From Nitrososphaeria archaeon (GTDB lineage: Archaea; Thermoproteota; Nitrososphaeria; JACIWG01): a DNA stretch of 64,000 nt. Positions 1 to 8,031 of this stretch are shown one piece after another (position 1 is the first letter of the stretch; the number at the start of each line of letters is the position of its first letter). Under the pieces are notes generated by a model, which worked only from the letters and a program-made list of their open reading frames with translations, had not been told where the DNA came from and did not search any database. A program made the translations under genes and the position numbers. The stretch spans positions 32,001-96,000 of the forward strand of contig JBEKIG010000002.1 in the NCBI GenBank assembly GCA_050011875.1, in the 5' to 3' direction.

Positions 1-527
1 TAATTGTTGATATGGCTACAAGTACTGTTGCTGCAGGAAAGATAGCTGTATTCGCCTCTAAAGGAGAAAAACTTCCTGAGGGATGGGCTCTTGATAAATA
101 CGGTAACCCTACGACAGATCCGAAGGTTTTTTTGGATAAAGGTATTCTCCTTCCATTCGGAGGATACAAAGGTTATGGGCTGTCTTTAAGTGTAGAAATT
201 TTTGCTGGACTGCTAACAGGATCACCTTTTAGTTCACATATACAAAGGGGCTGGGCGACACAAGGAGGTTTCGTTGTTCAAGTGATAAACATAGATTCTT
301 TCAGAGAGTATGCTGACTATAAAAAAGATATTTTGGAGCTGGTTCAGATGATTAAGTCAACCCCACCTGCAGAAGGATTCAAAGAAGTCCTATTACCTGG
401 GGAACCTGAACAAAGAGAATATGTAAGAAGGAAAATGGAAGGTGTGCCTGTCTACAAAGATTCCTGGGAAAACCTTGAGAAAGTTTCGAAGGAGATGCAG
501 ATCAACCTTCCAAACCTCATAAAATAG
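1..527 (+). CDS. Ldh_2 family (malate/L-lactate/ureidoglycolate-type) dehydrogenase, 5' end outside window
   Basis: DMATS, GxPTTDP, PFGGYKGYGL and VLLPGEPE motifs; frame open to window edge. Confidence 0.85.
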   Translation, partial: IVDMATSTVAAGKIAVFASKGEKLPEGWALDKYGNPTTDPKVFLDKGILLPFGGYKGYGLSLSVEIFAGLLTGSPFSSHIQRGWATQGGFVVQVINIDSFREYADYKKDILELVQMIKSTPPAEGFKEVLLPGEPEQREYVRRKMEGVPVYKDSWENLEKVSKEMQINLPNLIK

Positions 528-600
528 GCATCCTGTCTAGTTTCTTTCAATATCAAATCTAAACTTTAAATAAATATCGCATATTAGAAAAGCGATAGGT

Positions 601-1407
601 TTGAGGAAGAATAAACTAAGGGAGCTAATAAGAGAAGATAAGCCTACAATCGGCACCAGAATACTCAGCTCTTGGCCCGGAATAGTTGAAATAATAGGTC
701 AAACGGGAGTAATAGACTACTTCGAATTCATAGCCGAATATGCGCCTTGGACTCTGAACGACTTAGAAAACCTTGCTAGGGCAAGCGAATTATACGATAT
801 AAGTTCTATGATAAAACTTGACGCAATACCAAGAAGTTATATAGCTGCAAAAGCTTTACAATCAGGCATCCAGAATTTTCTCTTTTCAGATATTAGGACA
901 GTCAACGATGCAGAAGAGGCTGTAAAGTCTATAAGATTAGAACCTAAGGGAATCATGGGGATAGGCAACTTTAGGGTAGGTGGATATCTGTTCACAAACT
1001 GTACTGTCGCAGATTACAGAAAAGCGGCTGATGATTCAATAATCGCATTTATGGTAGAGAAAAAAAGTGCTGGAGACCGCTTAGAAGAAATCTTATCAGT
1101 TAAAGGATTAGATATGGTCCAATTTGGTCCGTGGGATTATGGCTTAAGCATGGGACTATCCGGCGCACCTGGCACACCGTGGGCTTTAAATGAACCAAAA
1201 GTCAAAGAAGCTGAACTAAGAACAATACGGACTGCATTAAAACTGGGCCTGCGTCCGAGAGTAGAAATAGGTGATGTGAAAGATATAGAAAAGTACCTAG
1301 AGCTTGGCGTAAAAGATTTTAGCCTGGGGACGGACATAAGAATATTGTTCGGTTTCTGGAAAGAGAATGGAGCTGAATTAAAGAAGATTTTAAACAAAAT
1401 GAAGTAA
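601..1407 (+). CDS. HpcH/HpaI family aldolase
   Basis: MRKNKLRE N-terminus, AEY, MVEK and QFGPWD motifs. Confidence 0.85.
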   Translation: MRKNKLRELIREDKPTIGTRILSSWPGIVEIIGQTGVIDYFEFIAEYAPWTLNDLENLARASELYDISSMIKLDAIPRSYIAAKALQSGIQNFLFSDIRTVNDAEEAVKSIRLEPKGIMGIGNFRVGGYLFTNCTVADYRKAADDSIIAFMVEKKSAGDRLEEILSVKGLDMVQFGPWDYGLSMGLSGAPGTPWALNEPKVKEAELRTIRTALKLGLRPRVEIGDVKDIEKYLELGVKDFSLGTDIRILFGFWKENGAELKKILNKMK

Positions 1408-1593
1408 TTAACTAAACTTTATTTCCATCTGATAGTTCTGCGTGACCCAGAGAAAGTTAAGGGCTTAGCAGGTTACTTAACAAAAGTCTGTAAACTGACG
1501 GCATAAATTGTTTTAAAGTGAACTACGGTTAGCTATATGATAGCTTTGTCAATTTATATGCTACTGGTGCTGATCGGTAAAACGTTTTTGAGA

Positions 1594-4005
1594 TTAACTC
1601 TCGCTTTTCTTCCCTCCTTCTAGGAGGAATTGTGGGAATTTCGATAGTTTCTTAGCCATCTCACTGAGGCGTTTATCCACTTTGTAGTTTACAGTTTCTT
1701 CCTCAAATGTTCCATCCTTTTCCCTTACGCCAGCTCTGACACCTGCAAGGATTTCTATTCCCTCGTCGATTGTTTTAACTGAATAGATGTGGAATTTTCC
1801 ATCTTTGACAGCGTCAACTATCTCCTCTTTCAGCATTAAGTTTTGAACGTTACTTTCAGGTATCATCACACCCTGTTTTCCTGTGAAACCTTTAGCTTTG
1901 CAGACTTCAAAGAATCCCTCGATTTTTTCGTTTACTCCTCCTATAGCCTGAACTTGACCTTTCTGGTTAACTGATCCGGTAACAGCAATGTCCTGCCTAA
2001 TTGGCAACTCGGAGAGGGCGGATAGTATTGCATATAGTTCAGTACTTGAAGCGCTGTCACCTTCTACTCCTTCATAATTCTGTTCAAAGACGAGTCGTGT
2101 AGACAAACTAAGCGGATTATCTATAGCATATTTTCCGTTTAGGTAACCAGCTAAAATAAGGACTCCTTTTGTATGGATTGGGCCTCCCATGTTGGCTTCC
2201 CTTTCAATGTCAACAACCCCTTCCCGACCTAAACCTACAGAAGCCGTTACTCTTGATGGAATGCCGAAGTCGAAATCGCCGAGACTTATCACGGAAAGAC
2301 CATTAACCTGTCCAACACTCTCTGCTTCTGTATCGATAAGTAGTATGTTCCTTTTGATCATTTCCTGTATCTTCTCCTGGACAAGTTTTGAACGGTAGAC
2401 CCTCTCTTCAATTGCCTTTCTAACGTGAATTCCGGTTATAAAATCCGAATTTTCCTGTGCCGCGTAAAAGTTTGATTCACGTATAACATCAGCAACTTCA
2501 GCAAACCTTGTGGAAAGTTTTTGCTGATCTTCAGCAAGTCTTGAACTATATTCAATCAATTTGGCTAGACCTGTGCCGTTAAGATGTTTTAAATTTTCTT
2601 TCTGACAGAGTGCGCAGACAAAAGCTGCATATTTTTGCACGTTTTCTTCTGTCCTATCCATGGTTGAGTCGAAATCAGCTTTAACTTTAAAGAGCTCATT
2701 AAAGTCCATATCCAAGATATATAATTGTTGATAGATGTATGGGTCACCGATTAGAATAACTTTAACACTTAGAGGGATCGGTTGAGGTTTTAGACTCTTG
2801 GTTGTGAAGAAACCATAACTCTCCTCCACCTCCTCTATAACGACCTGTCCGTTTTTGAGGGCTCTTTTCAACCCATCGTATGAGAATGGGTTTACGAGCA
2901 GCTCTTCAACTGGAATAATCAGATATCCACCATTAGCCTTATGCAGTGATCCAGATCGAACCATAGTGAAATCTGTAGTTAAATAACCGAATTGGGCTTC
3001 TCTCTCTATTCTTCCGAAAATGTGTGGGTGAGTCGGGTTGCTCTCAAGAATCACCGGTGCACCCTTAAGCCCACTGTTATCTACCATCACATTTACTTCG
3101 TACTTTGTTGAGGCTGGTTCTCTCATCCATGGAAATTGTTGTTGAGCAGTCGCGCTTGGCTCCTTAATAAAATCTTCTAGCTTCTCTAAGATGTCATTCT
3201 GAAGTTCTTCAAGATATGCCACGATATCACTATATTCTTTGTATTTTTCCTTAAGATCGGCAATCAGGTGGCCTATAGCGTAGAGTGCTACTTCCTTATT
3301 CAGCTTTTTTATCTCCTCTAAGACTTTACCTTCAAGGTCTCTAAGCTGTATGAAAGCATTCCTTAGATCCGAATTTAGTTTCTCTCTTTTTTTATTAATT
3401 TCATCTCTAACTTGTTGGCTTAGAGAAAGAAACTCTTTATCGGTTAAAGCTCGCCCTTTAATAGTAGGTATTATTAACAGACCTACAGAGCTGCTTTCGA
3501 GGACGAAGCCTTCTTCCTGGGCTTTTTTGTTGAGTTCAGAAAAAAGATCGTCTCTTTCCTTTTCGATCGCCTGTATTGTGTTATCTCTTTTTGTGATATA
3601 GTCTTCGCTTTTAAAAGCTTTAGGGAGAACTCTTTTAGTCTGACTAATAAAATCCAAAACATCTTTTTGGAAAAGTTTTCCTTTTCCTGGTTGAAGCTTT
3701 ATTGCTTTTGGTTCATATTGATTGGAAAAGTTGTTCACATAGCACCAATCGAAGGGAATCGGTTCAGTTTTAGCCATGTCATCAAGGAAATTCTTGACAG
3801 CTGTCGTCCTGCCCGTTCCATGAAGGCCAGAAACATAGACGTTAAACCCACGATCTTTAATTCCAAGCCCAAATTTGAGAGCTCTGACAGCCCTTTCTTG
3901 GCCAATAATTTCTCTGAGTGGCGTTAACCCCTCTGTACTCTCACAACTCATTATACTAGGGTCACAAATCCTTCTTAATTTTTCTGCTGATAACTCATTA
4001 TTCAT
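1594..4005 (-). CDS. Lon-like (LonC/YcbZ-type) ATP-dependent protease
   Basis: IIGQERA, HKANGGYL, catalytic GDSAS serine and GGVNEKIEGF lysine. Confidence 0.9.
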   Translation of the reverse strand: MNNELSAEKLRRICDPSIMSCESTEGLTPLREIIGQERAVRALKFGLGIKDRGFNVYVSGLHGTGRTTAVKNFLDDMAKTEPIPFDWCYVNNFSNQYEPKAIKLQPGKGKLFQKDVLDFISQTKRVLPKAFKSEDYITKRDNTIQAIEKERDDLFSELNKKAQEEGFVLESSSVGLLIIPTIKGRALTDKEFLSLSQQVRDEINKKREKLNSDLRNAFIQLRDLEGKVLEEIKKLNKEVALYAIGHLIADLKEKYKEYSDIVAYLEELQNDILEKLEDFIKEPSATAQQQFPWMREPASTKYEVNVMVDNSGLKGAPVILESNPTHPHIFGRIEREAQFGYLTTDFTMVRSGSLHKANGGYLIIPVEELLVNPFSYDGLKRALKNGQVVIEEVEESYGFFTTKSLKPQPIPLSVKVILIGDPYIYQQLYILDMDFNELFKVKADFDSTMDRTEENVQKYAAFVCALCQKENLKHLNGTGLAKLIEYSSRLAEDQQKLSTRFAEVADVIRESNFYAAQENSDFITGIHVRKAIEERVYRSKLVQEKIQEMIKRNILLIDTEAESVGQVNGLSVISLGDFDFGIPSRVTASVGLGREGVVDIEREANMGGPIHTKGVLILAGYLNGKYAIDNPLSLSTRLVFEQNYEGVEGDSASSTELYAILSALSELPIRQDIAVTGSVNQKGQVQAIGGVNEKIEGFFEVCKAKGFTGKQGVMIPESNVQNLMLKEEIVDAVKDGKFHIYSVKTIDEGIEILAGVRAGVREKDGTFEEETVNYKVDKRLSEMAKKLSKFPQFLLEGGKKSES

Positions 4006-4702
4006 TTAATAATTCACCTGTTTGCATGTGACATAGATTTTGTCGGAAATATATATCTTTAACTGAATGAATTTTTTTATTTACAGGCTAGCTGTTTTAT
4101 TATTTTTTATTTGTTTAAAGGTGATAAATAGAAAGAAATCATTTTTTTATCTTTTTCATAGTTTTAGCAAGTAAAATGACGTCTCAAATCGAACTTAACT
4201 TTCCTCTCATTTACTATTTTGTTTGCTTCATTAAGGGAGAATTTTTCAAGTGATAAACGTTACTTTTCTGTAGCAACTTTGATTTTAGCATTTCATATAT
4301 TTCCAGTCGATTGGCGAACCCCAGAATCGAAATCTGGTATAGGCAATAAGGAAAGTCGACGCACTTAACTAGAAAAGATAAGTGCCTGACGTTCTTATCA
4401 TTTTCAACCACTTTAATAAAATTATTACATTTCCAAGAAAAGAAATTAAGAAAATGTTCTGGTGTATAAAATGATGGATCCAAAATTTAATAATAGAACA
4501 ATAAATTCTAAAAAATCGGAAGTTTAAGAAGACACTTCGTTAAAAGATGAAGAAAAGAAAAAGAAAGCTAGGTTGAGAAGACGTGGACTTTATAGGAAAG
4601 CGCTTGCCGACTAGTATAGAAGTCAATAAAGCAGTCACTTTGAGAAAAAGTAAAAAAATTTAGAAAAATTCTTTCTCATATGAAATAAATGGGAAGAATA
4701 GT

Positions 4703-4733
4703 GTGTGAGAGGGTTCTGTTAACTTATTTGCAC
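4703..4733 (+). repeat. Left TSD (4703-4711) plus left TIR (4712-4733) of element 1
   Basis: Read directly; matches 9461-9491. Confidence 0.95.
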
Positions 4734-4838
4734 AGTGGCATTAAACTTCTTTAAAAGCCTTTCCGAAAAAATGCTTTCACATGGCATTCGGATAAACGTT
4801 ATATAAACGACAAGTGTGTGAGGATTCGAGGTGTATCT

Positions 4839-5051
4839 TTGGCTATAAAGATCACCTTCGCATTCCTATTGATTGGGAGTGTGGCAATAGCCACGTTCGG
4901 ATCAGTAGTAATGGCAGGGATAGCAAGTCTGTCGAAGCCAGTCAGCGAAGAAGTTTCAGCGACGGCTGGAGCTTACTCGTTTGATTTCATGGGGCTTGCT
5001 ATAATACTTGCCATAGCTATTGTGGCGGTTGCCTATCTTACCCACCGATAG
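4839..5051 (+). CDS. Small two-TM hydrophobic protein (70 aa), transposon cargo
   Basis: TATA-like TTATATAAA at 4799-4807; SD-like GAGGTG before TTG at 4839 (ORF track starts at 4818); two hydrophobic stretches; resembles micro-ORF 40910-41047. Confidence 0.7.
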   Translation: MAIKITFAFLLIGSVAIATFGSVVMAGIASLSKPVSEEVSATAGAYSFDFMGLAIILAIAIVAVAYLTHR

Positions 5052-5074
5052 CGATGTGAGGTGTAATAGACATG

Positions 5075-5154
5075 GCTCATACTGAGTGTGGGCAAATTGC
5101 AGGTAAGGGTGAGGCTATTCACCCTTACCCCCTCCCACTTTTTTTCAAGTGGGG
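5075..5154 (+). terminator. Conserved hairpin plus T-tract (terminator or structured RNA motif)
   Basis: Perfect 11-bp stem GGTAAGGGTGA/TCACCCTTACC at 5102-5129, T7 at 5139-5145, second stem CCCACTT/AAGTGGG. Confidence 0.6.
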
Positions 5155-5320
5155 ATAATACGTACGTATTTACGTAATTTGTAATGTTTAATAAACTTTT
5201 TTTAAAACTTGAGACGTTTTTGCCATAGGGTATACCCCTATATTTTATTTGCGGGGGCTTTGAACATATCCTAAGAATATCTTTAAAGATATATATAGTG
5301 GTATATCCTTATGGATATGC

Positions 5321-6226
5321 GTGGGAAATATGATATGCAAATACTGTCTATCTGAATCGGTCAAACCAGCTGGTTCAATGGATGGAAGGAAACTTGTAAG
5401 ATGCAATGTATGTAATCGCAGATTCTTTGAAAATGATAAACTTCCAAAGATGAGAAGTAAAAAATATGTTATAGTATCAGCTATTTCCATGTATTTTGAT
5501 GGTCTTTCAGTTAGGAAGACCTCGAGACAATTAGAAAGCATCTTTGGAGAGAAGGTAAGCCAAGTAACTATCTGGAAGTGGGTTCAAAAATACTCGAAGA
5601 TTGTAAGCGAATATGTTAGGACGTTAACCCCTAACCTTTCAGGTAAATGGCATCATGACGAAACAGTAATTAGTTGCGATGGAAGAAACCAGTGGTTCTG
5701 GGAGATGATAGACGAAGACACAAAGTTTTTAGTGGCGTCCCACATATCACAAGACAGAACAATCGAAGATACAGTTGAAGTATTCTCGAAAGCTATGGAG
5801 ATGGCAAAGCAGAGACCTAACGTCCTATTCGTTGACGGTTCACACGCCTACGATAGAGCCTTCAATAAAGTCTTCTACACAAGATACAAGGCAAACAAGG
5901 TTGAATTAGTTAAGAAAGTTGGGATAAGAGCAAGGGAGACAAATAACATAGTTGAAAGACTACATGAGACACTGAAGGAAAGAACAAAGATAATGCGTGG
6001 ATTCAAAAACCAAGATTCAGCAAAGCTAATACTGGAAGGATATGTAGTAAACTATAATTTCGCAAGACCACACCTAACCCTTAAAGGGAAAACACCAGCC
6101 GAAGCAAGCGGAATAGAAGTTAAAGGATGGAAACAGCTAATCGAAAACGCAATTCAATCCGAGAATATAGGGGCGCAACCTCAAACACAGAGAAAAGCAG
6201 TCGAAGTTATGCAGGTGGTTCGATGA
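5321..6226 (+). CDS. IS6-family-like DDE transposase with N-terminal zinc ribbon
   Basis: CKYC...CNVC, HTH (GLSVRK..VTIWKWV), WHHDET / FVDGS / NIVER triad, RPHxxLxGKTPA tail. Confidence 0.92.
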   Translation: MGNMICKYCLSESVKPAGSMDGRKLVRCNVCNRRFFENDKLPKMRSKKYVIVSAISMYFDGLSVRKTSRQLESIFGEKVSQVTIWKWVQKYSKIVSEYVRTLTPNLSGKWHHDETVISCDGRNQWFWEMIDEDTKFLVASHISQDRTIEDTVEVFSKAMEMAKQRPNVLFVDGSHAYDRAFNKVFYTRYKANKVELVKKVGIRARETNNIVERLHETLKERTKIMRGFKNQDSAKLILEGYVVNYNFARPHLTLKGKTPAEASGIEVKGWKQLIENAIQSENIGAQPQTQRKAVEVMQVVR

Positions 6227-6399
6227 AAAAAGCCCTTGTTGCGCTACCAGATCAAGTGTGGGACATTATAGACTCAAAGCTAAAAGGCAAACTTGGGGAG
6301 GGACACTCGGACATAATAAGAACAATCGTGATAGCCTACCTTTCAGAGCAAGGATATTTAAGCGAAGGTGGAAAAAATGCCGAAGAAAGAAAAGACTAA
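6223..6399 (+). CDS. Ribbon-helix-helix (CopG-like) regulator, 58 aa
   Basis: ATGA overlap with transposase stop; MKKALVALPDQVWDII...SDIIRTIVIAYL pattern. Confidence 0.7.
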   Translation: MKKALVALPDQVWDIIDSKLKGKLGEGHSDIIRTIVIAYLSEQGYLSEGGKNAEERKD

Positions 6400-6532
6400 A
6401 ACAAAGACCAAAGACGATGAAGTTGACATACTGGACACCATGATAACGTCATTAGCAGAGCTACTGGAAGAGAAAGGTGTCATAACTCAAGAAGAATGGG
6501 AAAAGAAAATCAAAAAGAATCTTAGAGGTTAG
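6377..6532 (+). CDS. Small hypothetical protein (51 aa), missed by ORF track
   Basis: SD-like AGGTGG then ATG; MPKKEKTK...LAELLEEKGVITQEEWEKKIKKNLRG. Confidence 0.65.
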   Translation: MPKKEKTKTKTKDDEVDILDTMITSLAELLEEKGVITQEEWEKKIKKNLRG

Positions 6533-6567
6533 AAAAGAATAAAAAGAGTCTCTATCCTAAAATATAT

Positions 6568-6683
6568 GGTTTGAGGGGTTAGCGGAACGAGCATGATTAC
6601 AGGTTTATACCCTCATGAGTGCTTGCACACTCATGTCGCCACGTTTCATGCAAGCCTAACCCGTTAACCTTTCCTCCCAAATC
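6568..6683. ncRNA. Candidate multi-stem structured RNA inside element 1
   Basis: Nested stems GGGTTAG/CTAACCC, GCATGA/TCATGC and CATGAGTG/CACTCATG, with a GCAA tetraloop on the minus strand. Confidence 0.4.
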
Positions 6684-8029
6684 TATTTTTTCTCCTCTTT
6701 GCTAGATTGCTGTTCTATAACAGGTTTCTCCCACGCCTCAAATCCTACTCCTTGCTTGGGTTTAGTCTCCTCTAAATTTAATACGTTATCCGTTTTCTTA
6801 GTGTTCCCGTTCCCTTCTTCTATTATGGTGGTTTCGTTATCAGTTCCTTGATTATAGATTCTTATAGGAATGTCCAGTAGCTGCAATTTCTCTCTGAACT
6901 CTGCAACCTTGACCTTAGGAAGTATGGTTTCTAGCTGTACACCGTTTGCCATAAGTAGGACTATAAACTGTTCTTCCTGCGTAAGACTTGAGACTTTGCT
7001 CTGTAACGTATACCATGTTTTCTTTAATAGAGATAAGAGTGGTTCGTAAAGCCATACTGCCATACCAAGTTTCCTATTCCGTGAAGACTTGAATAAGATC
7101 GTGTGTAACATTGAGTAAAGACGCCAGAGGAATAATTGGTTCTCATCCGCTGTTGCAACCCATAGAAATCGATCCTGTTGGAGAAAACTATTTCTCAGAG
7201 CTTCATTGCCAAGATGCTTCCGAATTTTAGCTAAGAAATCATCTCTTGCTTTCTGTTCATCTACTCCTAATTTCTCATAAAACCCTAGATAGCCAAATGC
7301 TCTTTGTGCTATTTCATCATCTGAAAGAGACTCACCAGCGTGCTCCACCAAAAAAGGAATATGGAAGAAAAAGTTGTCTTCAGGACTTACCGAATAAAGC
7401 TCTTGGAGTGGAAGTGTATCCTTTGCTTCTTCAACACCAACAAGAGTTGGAATCCATGTTTTGTTTGAATTTTTCTTAACTAAATTAAATGATTGGAGAA
7501 CTCTTAGCAAGTGCAAAGTTGTAGATGCTTTAAGCTTAATACCATTAGATATGTCGGTTAAACGTACAGGTTTTCCAATTTTCATTAAAAAGTTAAGTAC
7601 CAACTTCTGATTTGGTTTGAGATCAAAGGTCTTTTCAATTTTTAAATTTTCTTTTTCAAGGTCTTTTTCAATTTTTAAATTTTGACCCTTGTCTGGAATA
7701 TAGATGGTGATTCCTTCTTTGCTTTTCTTTATCTTCTCTTTCTGCTCGAATTTTTCATGCTCTTTCTTTTCCTCTCTGAGAGGTAGGGCTATACCATTGG
7801 CGATTGCCAATTTTGAGTTTATAATTTGGTTCCCTATATTACTTCTCTCAATATTCGTCTCAATGATTTGACCTCGGTCTTTAAGGTAACGCAAGATATT
7901 TGCTATTTTATGGGTGATGTCCTTTCTTCCTTTTCCTTCCATACCACCTGCGAAATGTTCATATAAGTTTGGTCGATTACAATCTGAGTGTTCTTTCAAA
8001 TATTGATAGACCTCAGCTTTATCAACCAA
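6683..8029 (-). CDS. Hypothetical protein with two predicted winged-helix domains, transposon cargo
   Basis: 448-aa ORF; LKPNQKLVLNFL...LTDISNGIKLKASTTLHLLRVLQSFNLV is wHTH-like; internal NLKIEK repeat. Confidence 0.7.
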   Translation of the reverse strand: MVDKAEVYQYLKEHSDCNRPNLYEHFAGGMEGKGRKDITHKIANILRYLKDRGQIIETNIERSNIGNQIINSKLAIANGIALPLREEKKEHEKFEQKEKIKKSKEGITIYIPDKGQNLKIEKDLEKENLKIEKTFDLKPNQKLVLNFLMKIGKPVRLTDISNGIKLKASTTLHLLRVLQSFNLVKKNSNKTWIPTLVGVEEAKDTLPLQELYSVSPEDNFFFHIPFLVEHAGESLSDDEIAQRAFGYLGFYEKLGVDEQKARDDFLAKIRKHLGNEALRNSFLQQDRFLWVATADENQLFLWRLYSMLHTILFKSSRNRKLGMAVWLYEPLLSLLKKTWYTLQSKVSSLTQEEQFIVLLMANGVQLETILPKVKVAEFREKLQLLDIPIRIYNQGTDNETTIIEEGNGNTKKTDNVLNLEETKPKQGVGFEAWEKPVIEQQSSKEEKK

Positions 8030-8031
8030 TG

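Noticed and set aside
1594-4005. Walker A reads GTGRTT instead of GKT
   Set aside because: A degenerate ATPase motif is a known trait of LonC/YcbZ-type proteases.
4214-4483. 89-aa ORF beside element 1
   Set aside because: No motif, AT-rich, outside the TIR; cannot support as a gene.
6127-6443. ORF-track calls 6127-6399 and 6258-6443
   Set aside because: The first is an upstream extension of the RHH gene (real start 6223); the second is off-frame to two better-supported ORFs.
6604-6650. 14-codon minus-strand ORF MKRGDMSVQALMRV in the structured region
   Set aside because: Too short to support; no evidence beyond an ATG.
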